Positions 1 to 10,400 of a DNA stretch of 64,000 nt are shown here, piece by piece. The DNA lies in assembly GCA_907165135.1 (NCBI GenBank), contig OU015568.1:3348001-3412000 (forward strand). The letters run 5' to 3'. Each line of letters opens with the position of its first letter. The first letter of the stretch is position 1. Position numbers and translations under genes: made by a program. This DNA is from Oikopleura dioica. Its lineage: Eukaryota > Animalia > Chordata. The notes under the pieces were generated by a model, which was not told where the DNA came from, ran no database searches, and saw nothing but the letters and a program-made list of their open reading frames with translations.

Positions 1-374
1 TCGAAGGTGACAAATGAGGACACGGGTAGTTGGCGAATTTTTTCTTTCGGAATGGTGGCGATGACAAAGAAAACTTATCTTCAAACACCCGGTTTCAATA
101 CGACAATGAGTGGTTGGGGAGGAGAGGATGTAAAATTTGCCGATGATGTCATCAAATCAAAGGTTTACTGCAAAAAGTGAGTCAAGTTCACAATTTTTAG
201 CTTGATTTTTTGAGAGGAAATATGGAGAATTTATATCATCCTTGGCATGACAAAAATTGCTCAACTGCTGGGAATTCGTTTTCTTCAAGCTGCTTGGCTG
301 CAAAAGCAATGAATAAAATGTCAACAAGGGATTTAGCTAACATTTTCTACCGTTTTCGAACATTTTTGTCATAA
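1..374 (+). CDS. CSGALNACT: 3' end of a chondroitin sulfate N-acetylgalactosaminyltransferase-like gene (GT7 fold); 2 exons, intron 163-200
   Basis: Hand translation gives TGSWRIFSFGMVAM...GFNTTMSGWGGEDVKF | LYHPWHDKNC...SCLAAKAMN...*. This matches the family C-terminal motifs GFWRDFGFGM, GWGGED, HLWHEKRC and SKAMN. The 38-bp GT-AG intron keeps frame; the gene runs off the window start. Confidence 0.8.
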
Positions 375-440
375 ATAATTTTCTTTCGAATAAAAATCAA
401 AATAAAAAATTGAAGCTCTCTTTCTTTTATTGTGTCAGTG

Positions 441-2066
441 TCAATCATGATCCTCCTTGATTTCAGGCTCTTTTCGAAGTTCTTCCTCCAGGCACTGCAG
501 GGCAAAATCATCGACTGCATCGAATTTGTTTGCAAAAAAATATGGCGTCCTCAATAACTATAAATCAAAATCAAATTTTTCGAGCATAAATTAATTCCTT
601 GCCCAGCCAACATCGCCACTGCCAAAGACACAAACATTACGGCGGAAATAGCCTTGACATTCATGATCTTTCACGTTGTTTTGCCATAAAATTAGACGAC
701 TTAGGTTTTCGGTGCTTTTCTGAATGAAATAATTAATGTTAGTACGTTCTTTTTTGCATTTTAGGTGGTTCTTACCCCAATAAATTCATTTCCTGGAGCA
801 TTTTTCATTCGAATAATCGTCGCCCAAATAAACTCATCTGGCGAAAATGTATCTTTGGACCACTCAATCAATTCTCGGACATCCTTGTCTTCCAGCGCCC
901 ATTGAATAAATTCTCTTGTGAAAAAGTTATACGCAATTCCGGAGAAAATTTCGATGCCACCTGGTGGCGGACTTTTATCTTTATCGGTCATCATTGGGTG
1001 AAACTTGTATTCAGATTCAGTCTCATATTTATGCAGTTCCCAGTGCTTTTCGTATCGTATTTTCTTTTTCAAATTCCAACTCACTGTCATCGGAAATGTT
1101 TCGATTGAGTTTTTTGGATACACAGATTTTAAATAACTGACAATTTCGGAATTTCGCTTCAGTGGGAAATCTTCTCTTGTCAAGGCTCAATTTTTTAACT
1201 AAACGGCAAACTCGAAAAAAGGTATTTTGAGCCTTTTCCCACAAAGATTGATCAAATATCGCCATTGTATTTCATGCTCAAGAAGTTCTTGCATGCAGTT
1301 AAAATCAGCTTGGAGTCGTTCGTAAGAGGCCCAGTATACGTTTTTGCGTTTTTGGGCGAGAAAAACGTTCGGAAAACAGCTTGATAGGGCTTCGAAATCT
1401 TTGAAAATAACTTCAGGCGTCTTCGCATCTATATGCAAGCAGTAGACATTGTCGGGAGAGTAGATTGCACGGAGAAGTCGTTCCGCTTGCCCGGGGTTTT
1501 TGTGGAGAACAAGCGAGTAGGCGAGAGGAAAATCGGAATTCGAGGCTGATGAGGGGTAGTTGCGAGAAGTAACGAATTCCGGGCAGCTATTTGAAGCAAT
1601 GGAAGATGAAATTTCTCCCTCCGAGAGGCTAAGAGAATACTTTTTATTCAATGATTGCAGTTTTTTGACTTTCAGCAGCTCTCCGTCGTTTCTCTTACAA
1701 ATATGGTTAGTATTTAAAAACTTATTTATTCTACGTTCAAGACAATGAAAATGACACTTACATTTATAAGACCCTGGCAATCAATTATTAGTTCCGGCTT
1801 TTCAAGAACATTTGAGTTGTGATTATTGCTCGTTACATTTTTTCGTTTTCCTTCTTCGATCTCAAAAGATTTTACTTCTATGGATCATTCTCTATTTATC
1901 TACTCTCGCACTAATTGTTCTTATCTAACGAGTATCAAGAACCCAGTCCTGTTAAAATCGGTCGAATAAAGCGAAAATTCTCTTGATCCAGTATCAGAAA
2001 AATTCCAAAACCAAACCCAAGGAAAAATATAATAAGCACTCCAAATATCTTCTTGATAGTGAGCAT
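441..2066 (-). CDS. GCNT: Core-2/I-branching beta-1,6-N-acetylglucosaminyltransferase (GT14), multi-exon type II membrane protein
   Basis: N-terminal TM (KKIFGVLIIFFLGFGFGIFL), then FPLAYSLVLHK, RLLRAIYSPDNVYCLHIDAK, QWRYLINLCG, SPDEFIWATI and CVFGSGDVGW|LLRTPYFFANKFD. Stop at 441-443. Confidence 0.9.
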
Positions 2067-2585
2067 CTCAAAAAACAGAAAATTTTCACGAATTTTTATT
2101 CGTAAACTTACGACCAAAGCATAAAACGCTTTTGTGTGAAAAAATTTAATTGAGAACGATAAATGTAAAAGTAAAATAGTCTTACCGGTGCCATAAAGAA
2201 AAGACTGGCCATTAAACTCTTTTTTCTTTATTTTTACGCAAATAGAAAAGATACTTGTCACAATTTTTTACGCCAACTTCTAGAAAACTGTGAGCCGTGA
2301 CAAAAACAAACGAAGCTTGCTAGCTCTTCAATTGAGCTTGCAAGATAATTTCTCCCCATGACCATCTGTTATTCAATTTTCAAAGTAGAGATGAGAAGAA
2401 GAAAAATCATTTTATTAATGATTTTTCTATTTATTATTCTATTTTTTTTAATGAAAATTTCTCACGAAGACAAGTTTGACTCGAAACAACAAAGTTAAGT
2501 TGACAAGATCGTATAAATGTGTATCCAGCAGCATATTTTATCTCGTGTGCTCATTGATATTTTGTTGATAGTCTTTTTGTGATGA

Positions 2586-3690
2586 AATTCAATCTTTTTG
2601 AAAAGAGAAGTTTTTGATTTGTTGAATGTCGATAAGTCTTGGTTCATTATAGTGCACGCAATTCTTGTCAACTTTAAAAGAAAAGCTGTTTTGGTAAGAA
2701 AATCGCATATTAAGATATTTTCTTCGGGATAAAAAAAAATTCAAGATTATCAGCCAATCAAATTTCCGGCCAAATATTCTTGGTGAGCTTTTCAACGAAC
2801 ACGACGAAGCTTTTTTTATCTATGAGCCTCTTTACCAGTATTCTCAATCCGGATTCTCGAAGAGCACGAATAAGCTTAGGAAGGACCTTTTGGTGCACAA
2901 TCTAAATTGCGATTTTATCGACCATTACGATCAAACACTCACGTTTGAGCGCTTCGATGATGATTTGAACATGCATGGAAGCATCGAGAGCAAAGGAAAC
3001 TTCGTTTTTCGGAGCAAACATCGACGGCTCTGCTCACCGCCATTTTGCAAAACAAACGCGACGGAAATTAATTGCAATAGCAAATGTGACCCTGTGGATT
3101 CAATTTTAGCATCAAAGATTTGCAAAAGTCTCATTCCGGTCATTCAAATAAGCGAAAGAATGATAAGTGTTGAGGAAATTGAGGATCTTGCAAGTCAGGC
3201 TCTCTCTTATATTATATTATATATCTCTATTATAACTTTTTGTTTGATTTTAACGATTCTCAGAGCCTTTACTTAGTGATAATCAATTGGATTTGAAAAT
3301 TATTTATAATTCAATTAATGCTGAAGATGCTTGCAACTTTGCGAAAATCAATTTTGCAGACGAGCATAATTTCAATCAACTGGAAGAAAATTTTCTGATA
3401 ACTAACGCTGAAGATATTGCTTATAATCCAGAAAAATATGGCAGGAAGATACTCAAATTTGCTGGGTTCAATATTTCTGAAAGCGTTTTTGATTGGATAA
3501 GCAAATTAAAAGATTCAGGTAATTTTGTTTATCAATGAAATTATGCTAAATATAAGTTTAGACATTGAAAGAAGAATACAACGAGAAAAAATCTCGGCAC
3601 AGAGTGTCAGGCTCTTTTGAAACATCTTGGACTTTTCCGCTCTTAAAAATATTTGCTTCTAACTGTGTGAACAAAAATGGATAATAATTA
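2586..3690 (+). CDS. Carbohydrate 6-O-sulfotransferase-like (CHST1/3/5 fold) gene with degenerate PAPS-binding motifs; ends uncertain
   Basis: Spliced frame KRKAVL|IISQSNFRPNILGELFNEHDEAFFIYEPL...LCSPPFC...EDLA|KPLLSDNQLDLKIIYNSINAE...NAEDIAYNP. It aligns with the CHST layout and with the intact paralog at 24777-25879. Confidence 0.7.
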
Positions 3691-3767
3691 AACATTGATA
3701 TCAACAAAGACAGAATTAAATTATTTTTGAATTATAATTGATAATCAATTCCCAAATCATTCGCATT

Positions 3768-5268
3768 TTACAAAAACTCAACACATTTGTCAAATGTAGT
3801 TTCGAAAAGAACAGGATACTCAACACCTTCTTCTGGTTGATAACCAATGACTCTTGAGCCGAGATTCTCTTGTCCGTCAAGGTCGATTCTTTGAATCGGA
3901 GCATCAGAGCCGTATCCTGCAAACAAGAAAATGGACGAACCAGATTGGAGAGTAGATGCTTTGCACACTTTCTAGTTAGAATTTTATTACAATTTCTGTG
4001 TGAAATTAAGCATACCTTTCGAAGATTACCAATCAGAGTCCAAATATCAATATCTGTTACAGCAGTTTCTTCAATAGCATCATATCCACCAATTGAAAGC
4101 ATTGTTCCGTCACTCAAACCCATAAGAGAATGACCATACAGAGCGCTAGAAATATTTTAAGAACGCATTGTTTTATAAATCATAAATTATGATGAATTAC
4201 GCTGGATGATCTCCGAGATAAACCCATCCGGAATCGGTTAAAGTTTCGACATGCGCATACGACGGCGCCTTCTAATTAAAGCTTCCTACAGTCGTTGGCT
4301 GTCCATTGTACAGACCAAGGCCGGCGTATTTGTGCTCGTAAGAAGTCATCGGTGCAATGGTGACTTGCTCTCCATCAAAATAATTGCAGGTCTTTTTCTG
4401 AGTCGTGTATTCAAAGCAAATCATGGCTGAAAATATTAGATACGAATTTCTGACTGAATTATTTTTACAACCTTTATCCCCATCCGCCAAAGTCAAAGCA
4501 GAACTTGCAGAATGAATTTCAAAAGTCAACTCTACTTTAGAAACACGAAACTGCAGCCATCGAGATAAGCAATTCTTCGGTGATTAAAGTCCATTCCTGC
4601 TTCTTCTCCTCCAAAAACAAACAGTATGTCATTGACCAGTGCATATTTGACGCCCCACATGAACTGCTCCTTCGTAGCATCGATCGTTGCTTGAACGGTT
4701 TTTGAGCCGACGCCGTCTATTATGTACGCGTTGTGCAGGTCCACGAATGGTTTTGGCTCGTCGTAGTACTAGTAGGAAGGATAAGTGTAGTTGTAGTAGG
4801 AGTAGTCGTAATCGCGGAAAAGCATGACCATAATGAATGGAGGGATCTTGGAAAATTTAAGGTCGAAAATCAAAGATACTTACTGGTTCTTCTTCAGGAC
4901 AAAGTGGATGATCACAGTTTCGACAACCTTCTGGGCAATTTTCTCCACATGGGCACGAATTCAAACAGTCTTCAAACGAATTATTATTAACCAGGCTTAA
5001 TTTTATCGTCTCTCACCATTGTATTCTCTATCGCAAATCGAGAGACAGTACTCTGTCTCGCATAAAAGTCGGCAATTCGTAAAATCCATCCGGCATTCTC
5101 CGATGCATTCTTCCTGGAGAAGATTGTCTCTTTAATTTTTGATCAAGATGCGATGTTTAGTTGAACTTACGGGCAGTCTTCCTCTCTTGAGCTTGCTTGA
5201 AATGTTTCTAGTCTGCTTTCGCTGATTCTGACTGCAGAAATGCCTGAAAAAAGAAAGAAGAATTTCAT
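3768..5268 (-). pseudogene. Disabled secreted protein: signal peptide, Cys-rich module (CPC...CPEGC) and Kelch-like beta-propeller repeats
   Basis: Starts MKFFFLFSGISA; contains EECIGEC...CDREYNDCLNSCPCGENCPEGCRNC and blades LFVFGG, TVGS, VETL..GW..L.DHP, LSIGG. Introns are intact, but there are in-frame TAGs at 4769-4771 and 4272-4274 and an apparent 1-bp frameshift near 4532-4540. Confidence 0.75.
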
Positions 5269-5882
5269 CTTCTGATAACTTTATCTGGTGATCTGTTGCT
5301 TTTGACCTGCTTTTTTATTCGTCAAGCAAATGAAGAAGAGTCAAAAAGAACAGTTTAGCAAAGTTTACCTCGATTCAAATTAACGAGTCGTGCTCGTATC
5401 TGAAAAAATTGACCGAAAAAGAAGACTCTTACATAACTGGAAAATTAAGCAGAAACTTAACTTAGATTTTAATCAATAACAAGCCGTTTTTAAACAGCAA
5501 AATACTGGCATTTTTAATAAAATTCATTCAAAGCTATGATTAAAATTTTAGAAAATTCTAAAATAAACTGCAAATGCAGGTTTTATAATTATATAACCTT
5601 GAACATAATCCCTCTCCACTTCTTTTTGTTCATTCCAAATATTGCGAGAGCTAATAGCACGGTCTACGAGACTTCTGTTAATTTGTTTAAAACTGGGGGC
5701 TGTTTGGAGGCTATTATTATATTCAATAAGTTTTTTCTCTCCGTTATGCGGTTATTTTTCCTTTCATTACTTTTGGTTAAAACGAATGCAATAAACTTTC
5801 ACTTCAGCGAGACTGCTGACAATTTGATACTGTCTGCAGTTTGTCAGCTTTAAAACTAATATTTTTCTTGTTTATTGAAAGT

Positions 5883-7194
5883 TTACTGGCAGAGTTGTTT
5901 ATAAACACGTTCTTTCGTATCAGGAAGCAAGTGTTCGGCTGTTTTCCAAATATCCTCTTCCTTGATTTCTTCTTTTGATACCACAGTTCTACGTTTTGAA
6001 AATAACGAGATTTTCTGTTGACTTGACATGGCGTTGAACACTCGTTTTATCTCTATGAGCTTTTTCTGCAAAGAAATAGTAAATAAAAGGAAAGAGGGAA
6101 AGTCAAGTTACCAGGAAAAAAGTCTTTTCTCTCTGCTCCAACCGACTCGAGCTTTCCACAACCTTTTCAAGTGCTTTGATAAAGCCCCCGCTAGACTCAT
6201 CCAAACTTTCGCAAATAATCTCCAAAACCGTTTTCATCCAATTTGAATCAACATCTTTGCAGTCTCCAAGCAGTGCATGAATCCATTCTTTCAACTTTTT
6301 ATCCGGTTTTCTTCCACAGTCGTCTTGAAGCTTCAAAACTCGCAGCAAATCGAGCACGAGCTGATTTGAAATCTTCATTCTTTTGAAACCACTTCTCCAG
6401 ATCGGCGTAACTATTCTTGGCAACGAGGAGTATCGACGAGCAAGCTGTTCAGAAAGCACCTGACGGTACTTTTCTTCAGCCACAATTTCAGCAGCTACAA
6501 TTTTTAGTATAAATTTTATGAAAACCAGCATACCTTCGTTGAAGAGAGAGTTTAGTCCTTCTTGATCAACTTCTACTATTCTCCTTGCAAGAAACTTCAA
6601 AGCCTTTTCTTCATCTTTCGATAGTCTTTTCTTGATCTCGCTTTTTTGCTTGTCGTAGTCTTCTTTTTGAAGGACCCAGTAGGACTTGGCATCTGTCGTT
6701 AATGCTTCGTAAACTGCTTCCAATGCGTCTTCTAGCGTTTCAATCGACGACTGAAAAGATGTAAGTTGATAACTTTCGTATATTTTCTACCTGACACGGT
6801 CCATGCGCAATTTGGTGCCTCAAGTTCGTAACCCAATCTGGTATTCCAATCTCTGCAGCGAGCACATGAATCGGCAGATTCGCCTCCCTGTAGCGCTCTG
6901 TTATCACTCCCACTGCTTGTACCAACGCTCCGGAGGCGCAGAACATCGTTCCTTGGTTATCCCTATTGTTTCGAATTTCTTCTAGCCCAGTAAGAGCAGC
7001 AATTGTGGCCACGATTGCTACTGGAAGATCTGCACCGATTCTTTGCTCCCAGAGCTGCAAGCGGCGTAGGACTGCGCTTCTATCTCTCTAGAACTTTGGA
7101 GAAATAGAAAGCCGACTCTGCGAACCTGTAAATTACTGTAGACATCAAGCCACTCTGCTTTGCTGCACCATGCTACTTGCTCAACGATTCCCAT
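5883..7194 (-). CDS. LAS1L: LAS1-like pre-rRNA ITS2 processing endoribonuclease
   Basis: VAWCSKAEW, RLQLWEQRIGADLPVAIVAT and LAAEIGIPDWVTNLRHQIAHG match the Las1 N-terminal HEPN motifs (W.S.AEW; IPDW.V.LRH..TH). Confidence 0.9.
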
Positions 7195-7452
7195 TTACGA
7201 GTTTCAGATCTGCTTCTGTCTGAACTTCAAAAAAAAAATTTTAAATGAAATTTTCAATTGAAAATTCAGATTTATTTAGTCGATAGCATCATTTGTTTTA
7301 TTTGAGGAAGAATAAGCAAGATTTAAGGAGGAAATAGCGAAGTTTCGTTGCGATGAAAAGAAGGAGAATGAGGCACATTTTTGGAACTTTTTGAGGATCA
7401 GCACATGGTAAAAGCAGGTTAAAATAGTTTTCACAATAAATAAAATTTCGAT

Positions 7453-10400
7453 TCAGGAACGAGGGACCAAATAAACGTCACTACTTGGCGCAGCATTTTG
7501 ATATGCATCGTATTGCTCATCTTCTTCGAGCAGAGCACGGCTTTCGTTGTTTGGGTTGGAAAATACGTCGTCGTTGACGTTTTGATACTGGGAGGAAGTT
7601 TCGGGGATGCTATTGGTGAGGTTTGTCAGCTGCGTAGCGTTGGAATAGAGGCGATTCTAGAGAAAAGACTTTGAGAAAGAAAGAACAATAAAGAAGCTCA
7701 CCTGTACAGTTCTAGTTGGGCTATCAAATGAGCCCCCTGTGTAATGTAAATTCGTAGCGGAAGTGGTAGACTGGCCATTGTCCGAGTTTCGTGGCTGTCT
7801 GTTCATGGGAAATTGGAATGCGGAAGTTTGGCCGCGGAAATTCGAAGGCATTGAGGGCGGCTGAACTGGGCGCATTGGCGATTCCTGATTCTCATAAACT
7901 GGCTGATTCCTTGAGACAAAGGAGTAATTCGCGTTCAAAGGATCGAAGTTTCTGGTCGCGTGGATTTGCGTCTCTGTGAGACGGATTGGAGAGTCGAGAC
8001 TTGGAGATTCGGCGGCGAGAGGGGAAGTAGAAAGCTGCGAATGCTGTTTTTCCAGAGTGCGGAGGGTACTTGCGCTGCTTCTTGACAGTTTCTTGCCCTC
8101 TTGCTTGTCCAGCAGGATGTAGTCTTTCGCTTTGCCGCGGATTCCGTCGAATTTCTTCTTTAAAATCGCGAAATCGGGACGATTGCTCGGTTCCTTAGAC
8201 CAGCAGGGCTTCATAAAATCGTTATAGAAATCATTCGTGCAAGTGTAGTACTCTTCTTTTGGACTAGGTCGACAAATCGGAGTTGATGGCATTTCCTCAT
8301 CGCGAAGGAGGTTGATATGGGCTTGTTCGTTGTAGGATCCGTCCTTGTTGAGACTAAAAAATCACTTAAAAATAGGAAAGGGCGGTTTTACAAACATTCT
8401 ATTGCCGAAGAACATCGGTCGTCCCGGCGGGCAGCCAGAAAGGACCTCCCACATGAGCATGCCAAACGAGTACACATCGCCTTTCGAGGAAAAAACTTTC
8501 TCCATCGTGTCATTTCGAAGGCTTTCAAACGGATACCAGAGGCATGGAATCTGCTTCTTGTCCATTGTAAATTCTTCGCCGCTTTTTGCCGACTTTGGCG
8601 CGAGTGCGGCGAGACCAAAGTCGCCGACTAGAGCTTTCAGATCGTCAGTGAGAAGAATATTCCGCGCTGCCAGATCGCGGTGGAAAACGTTGTTTTCGTG
8701 AAGATATTGCATCGCGTCAGAGATTTGGTAAAACCATTGGATCGTGTAGCGTTCGTCTAGTTTATTTTTTTGCTTGAACATCATCTTATGCACATATTTG
8801 TCCAGAGCGCCTTTCAGCGCAAATTCTAGCACCATCGACGGCGAAGTAATCTGCAAGCGGCGGCTGGGATCGGCATGATGCTCAGAAATGCCATGAACCT
8901 TTACCAAGTGCTCGTGGCGGAGAAAGTGAAAATTAGCAGTTTCGTCAAAAAGTTCCTTTTCGTTCACTCGAGCTTCCAACGTCTGTAGCTCGTAGAGGAA
9001 GTCTGGATCAACGACGCTTTTCTGATCCAAACCAGAGATCGAAAGTCGATCACTTCCGTATTCTTTCAGCTTCTTGAGAATGCGTTCTTTTTGATTTTCC
9101 TCCGTGAATAAATCTTTCTCACTGCATAGCCAGAGAATATCGCGAATCGGGCGAACCTTCGGCTTGATCTGTTTCGCCGCGACTGGAATATCGACAATGA
9201 TTTCCTCGCGTCTGGGAACCAGTGGAACATCGCTTGAAGATCCAGTCCGTGGGTTAGAAGTTGACGATGAATTTCTTGGTTTTACGTCGCGCATAACTCT
9301 GATTCGCAGGGTTGCTTCGAACACCAAACCGAAGTGCCCCTCTCCCAGCTGTTCGCCAAAGATGAGATCATTATGGCTGAATCGGGTGACGGGATGGAAT
9401 CTTCGTTGATCGGGACCGCCGCCCGACTCCGGTAGGAGATCGTTTGGCTGCGAGTGGAACAGACGCATCGCATCTTTCGTTTTGCCCCGCTTGAGAAGTC
9501 GGCTGCTGTAGTTTCGGTAGATAAAGACAGATGCGATCGACATAAAAACCAAAGCAACAGAGACATAGATACCTAAAATAATCCATTGATTATCAAGAGC
9601 AGACTAACTTACTGATTTGGGCACCAACTGGCAAATCATCTTCCCAGCACGTAACGAATTTAATCTTTCCATTGTCGTTCTTAATGACGATTCCTCCATT
9701 CGAGTCTCCACAACCTTTCTTGTTTAAGAATTCAATCACGGTTTTATTTCCTCTTTCTTCTTCGTTGTTCAAGTCGAGATCCTTTAGTTTTTCTTTGCAT
9801 TTGTTTCCTTTGCCTTTGAATGTGATTTCTTGGTTGTTCTTCTCGCTAACTTCAAAACTACAATCGCAGACGGCTTCATTTTCGCTGTTTGTGCTCGCTG
9901 TGCTCAGACATTCGCTTAGAAAAGAACATGATTTTGGAGAAGCGTTCGGCTCTTTGAAAAATGGTGCTCTTGTGATTTGCTTTTCGGGAAGAAAGGTTTA
10001 AGAATGCCAGAAAGATCAGTGGTGACTTCAAATTCACAAGAAGCGACACAAAAGAATTTAACGCTTTTTGGAATCTCGAAATTCGTAGAACCCTTTTCAT
10101 AGTTGACGCGAAAGTTCCTGCATTGATCGCAGTCCGTATCCATCAATCCTTTGCAGCCATGTTCAGGATGGCACTCTTTATCACAAGGGAGGCATTCTTT
10201 CGTCGCTTCGTTCGCAAAACGCAATTCTCGAGGGCATTTTTCCACGCATCTCGGTCTGAGTAAATTTCGATAGTTTTCAACTCTTGGTCCTTTAAAAGTT
10301 TTGCTCCTGTTGGATTCCGGAGTGTTTTCAACTTCTGCCTCGTGAATCATGCTAGCTTGAAAGTATTCATCAAGGTTGTAGAAAGCATCAGTAGTATTCG

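Noticed and set aside
4272-4771. Programmed TAG readthrough or recoding in the propeller gene
   Set aside because: A frameshift lies between the two TAGs, and the other genes modelled here use TAG as a normal stop.
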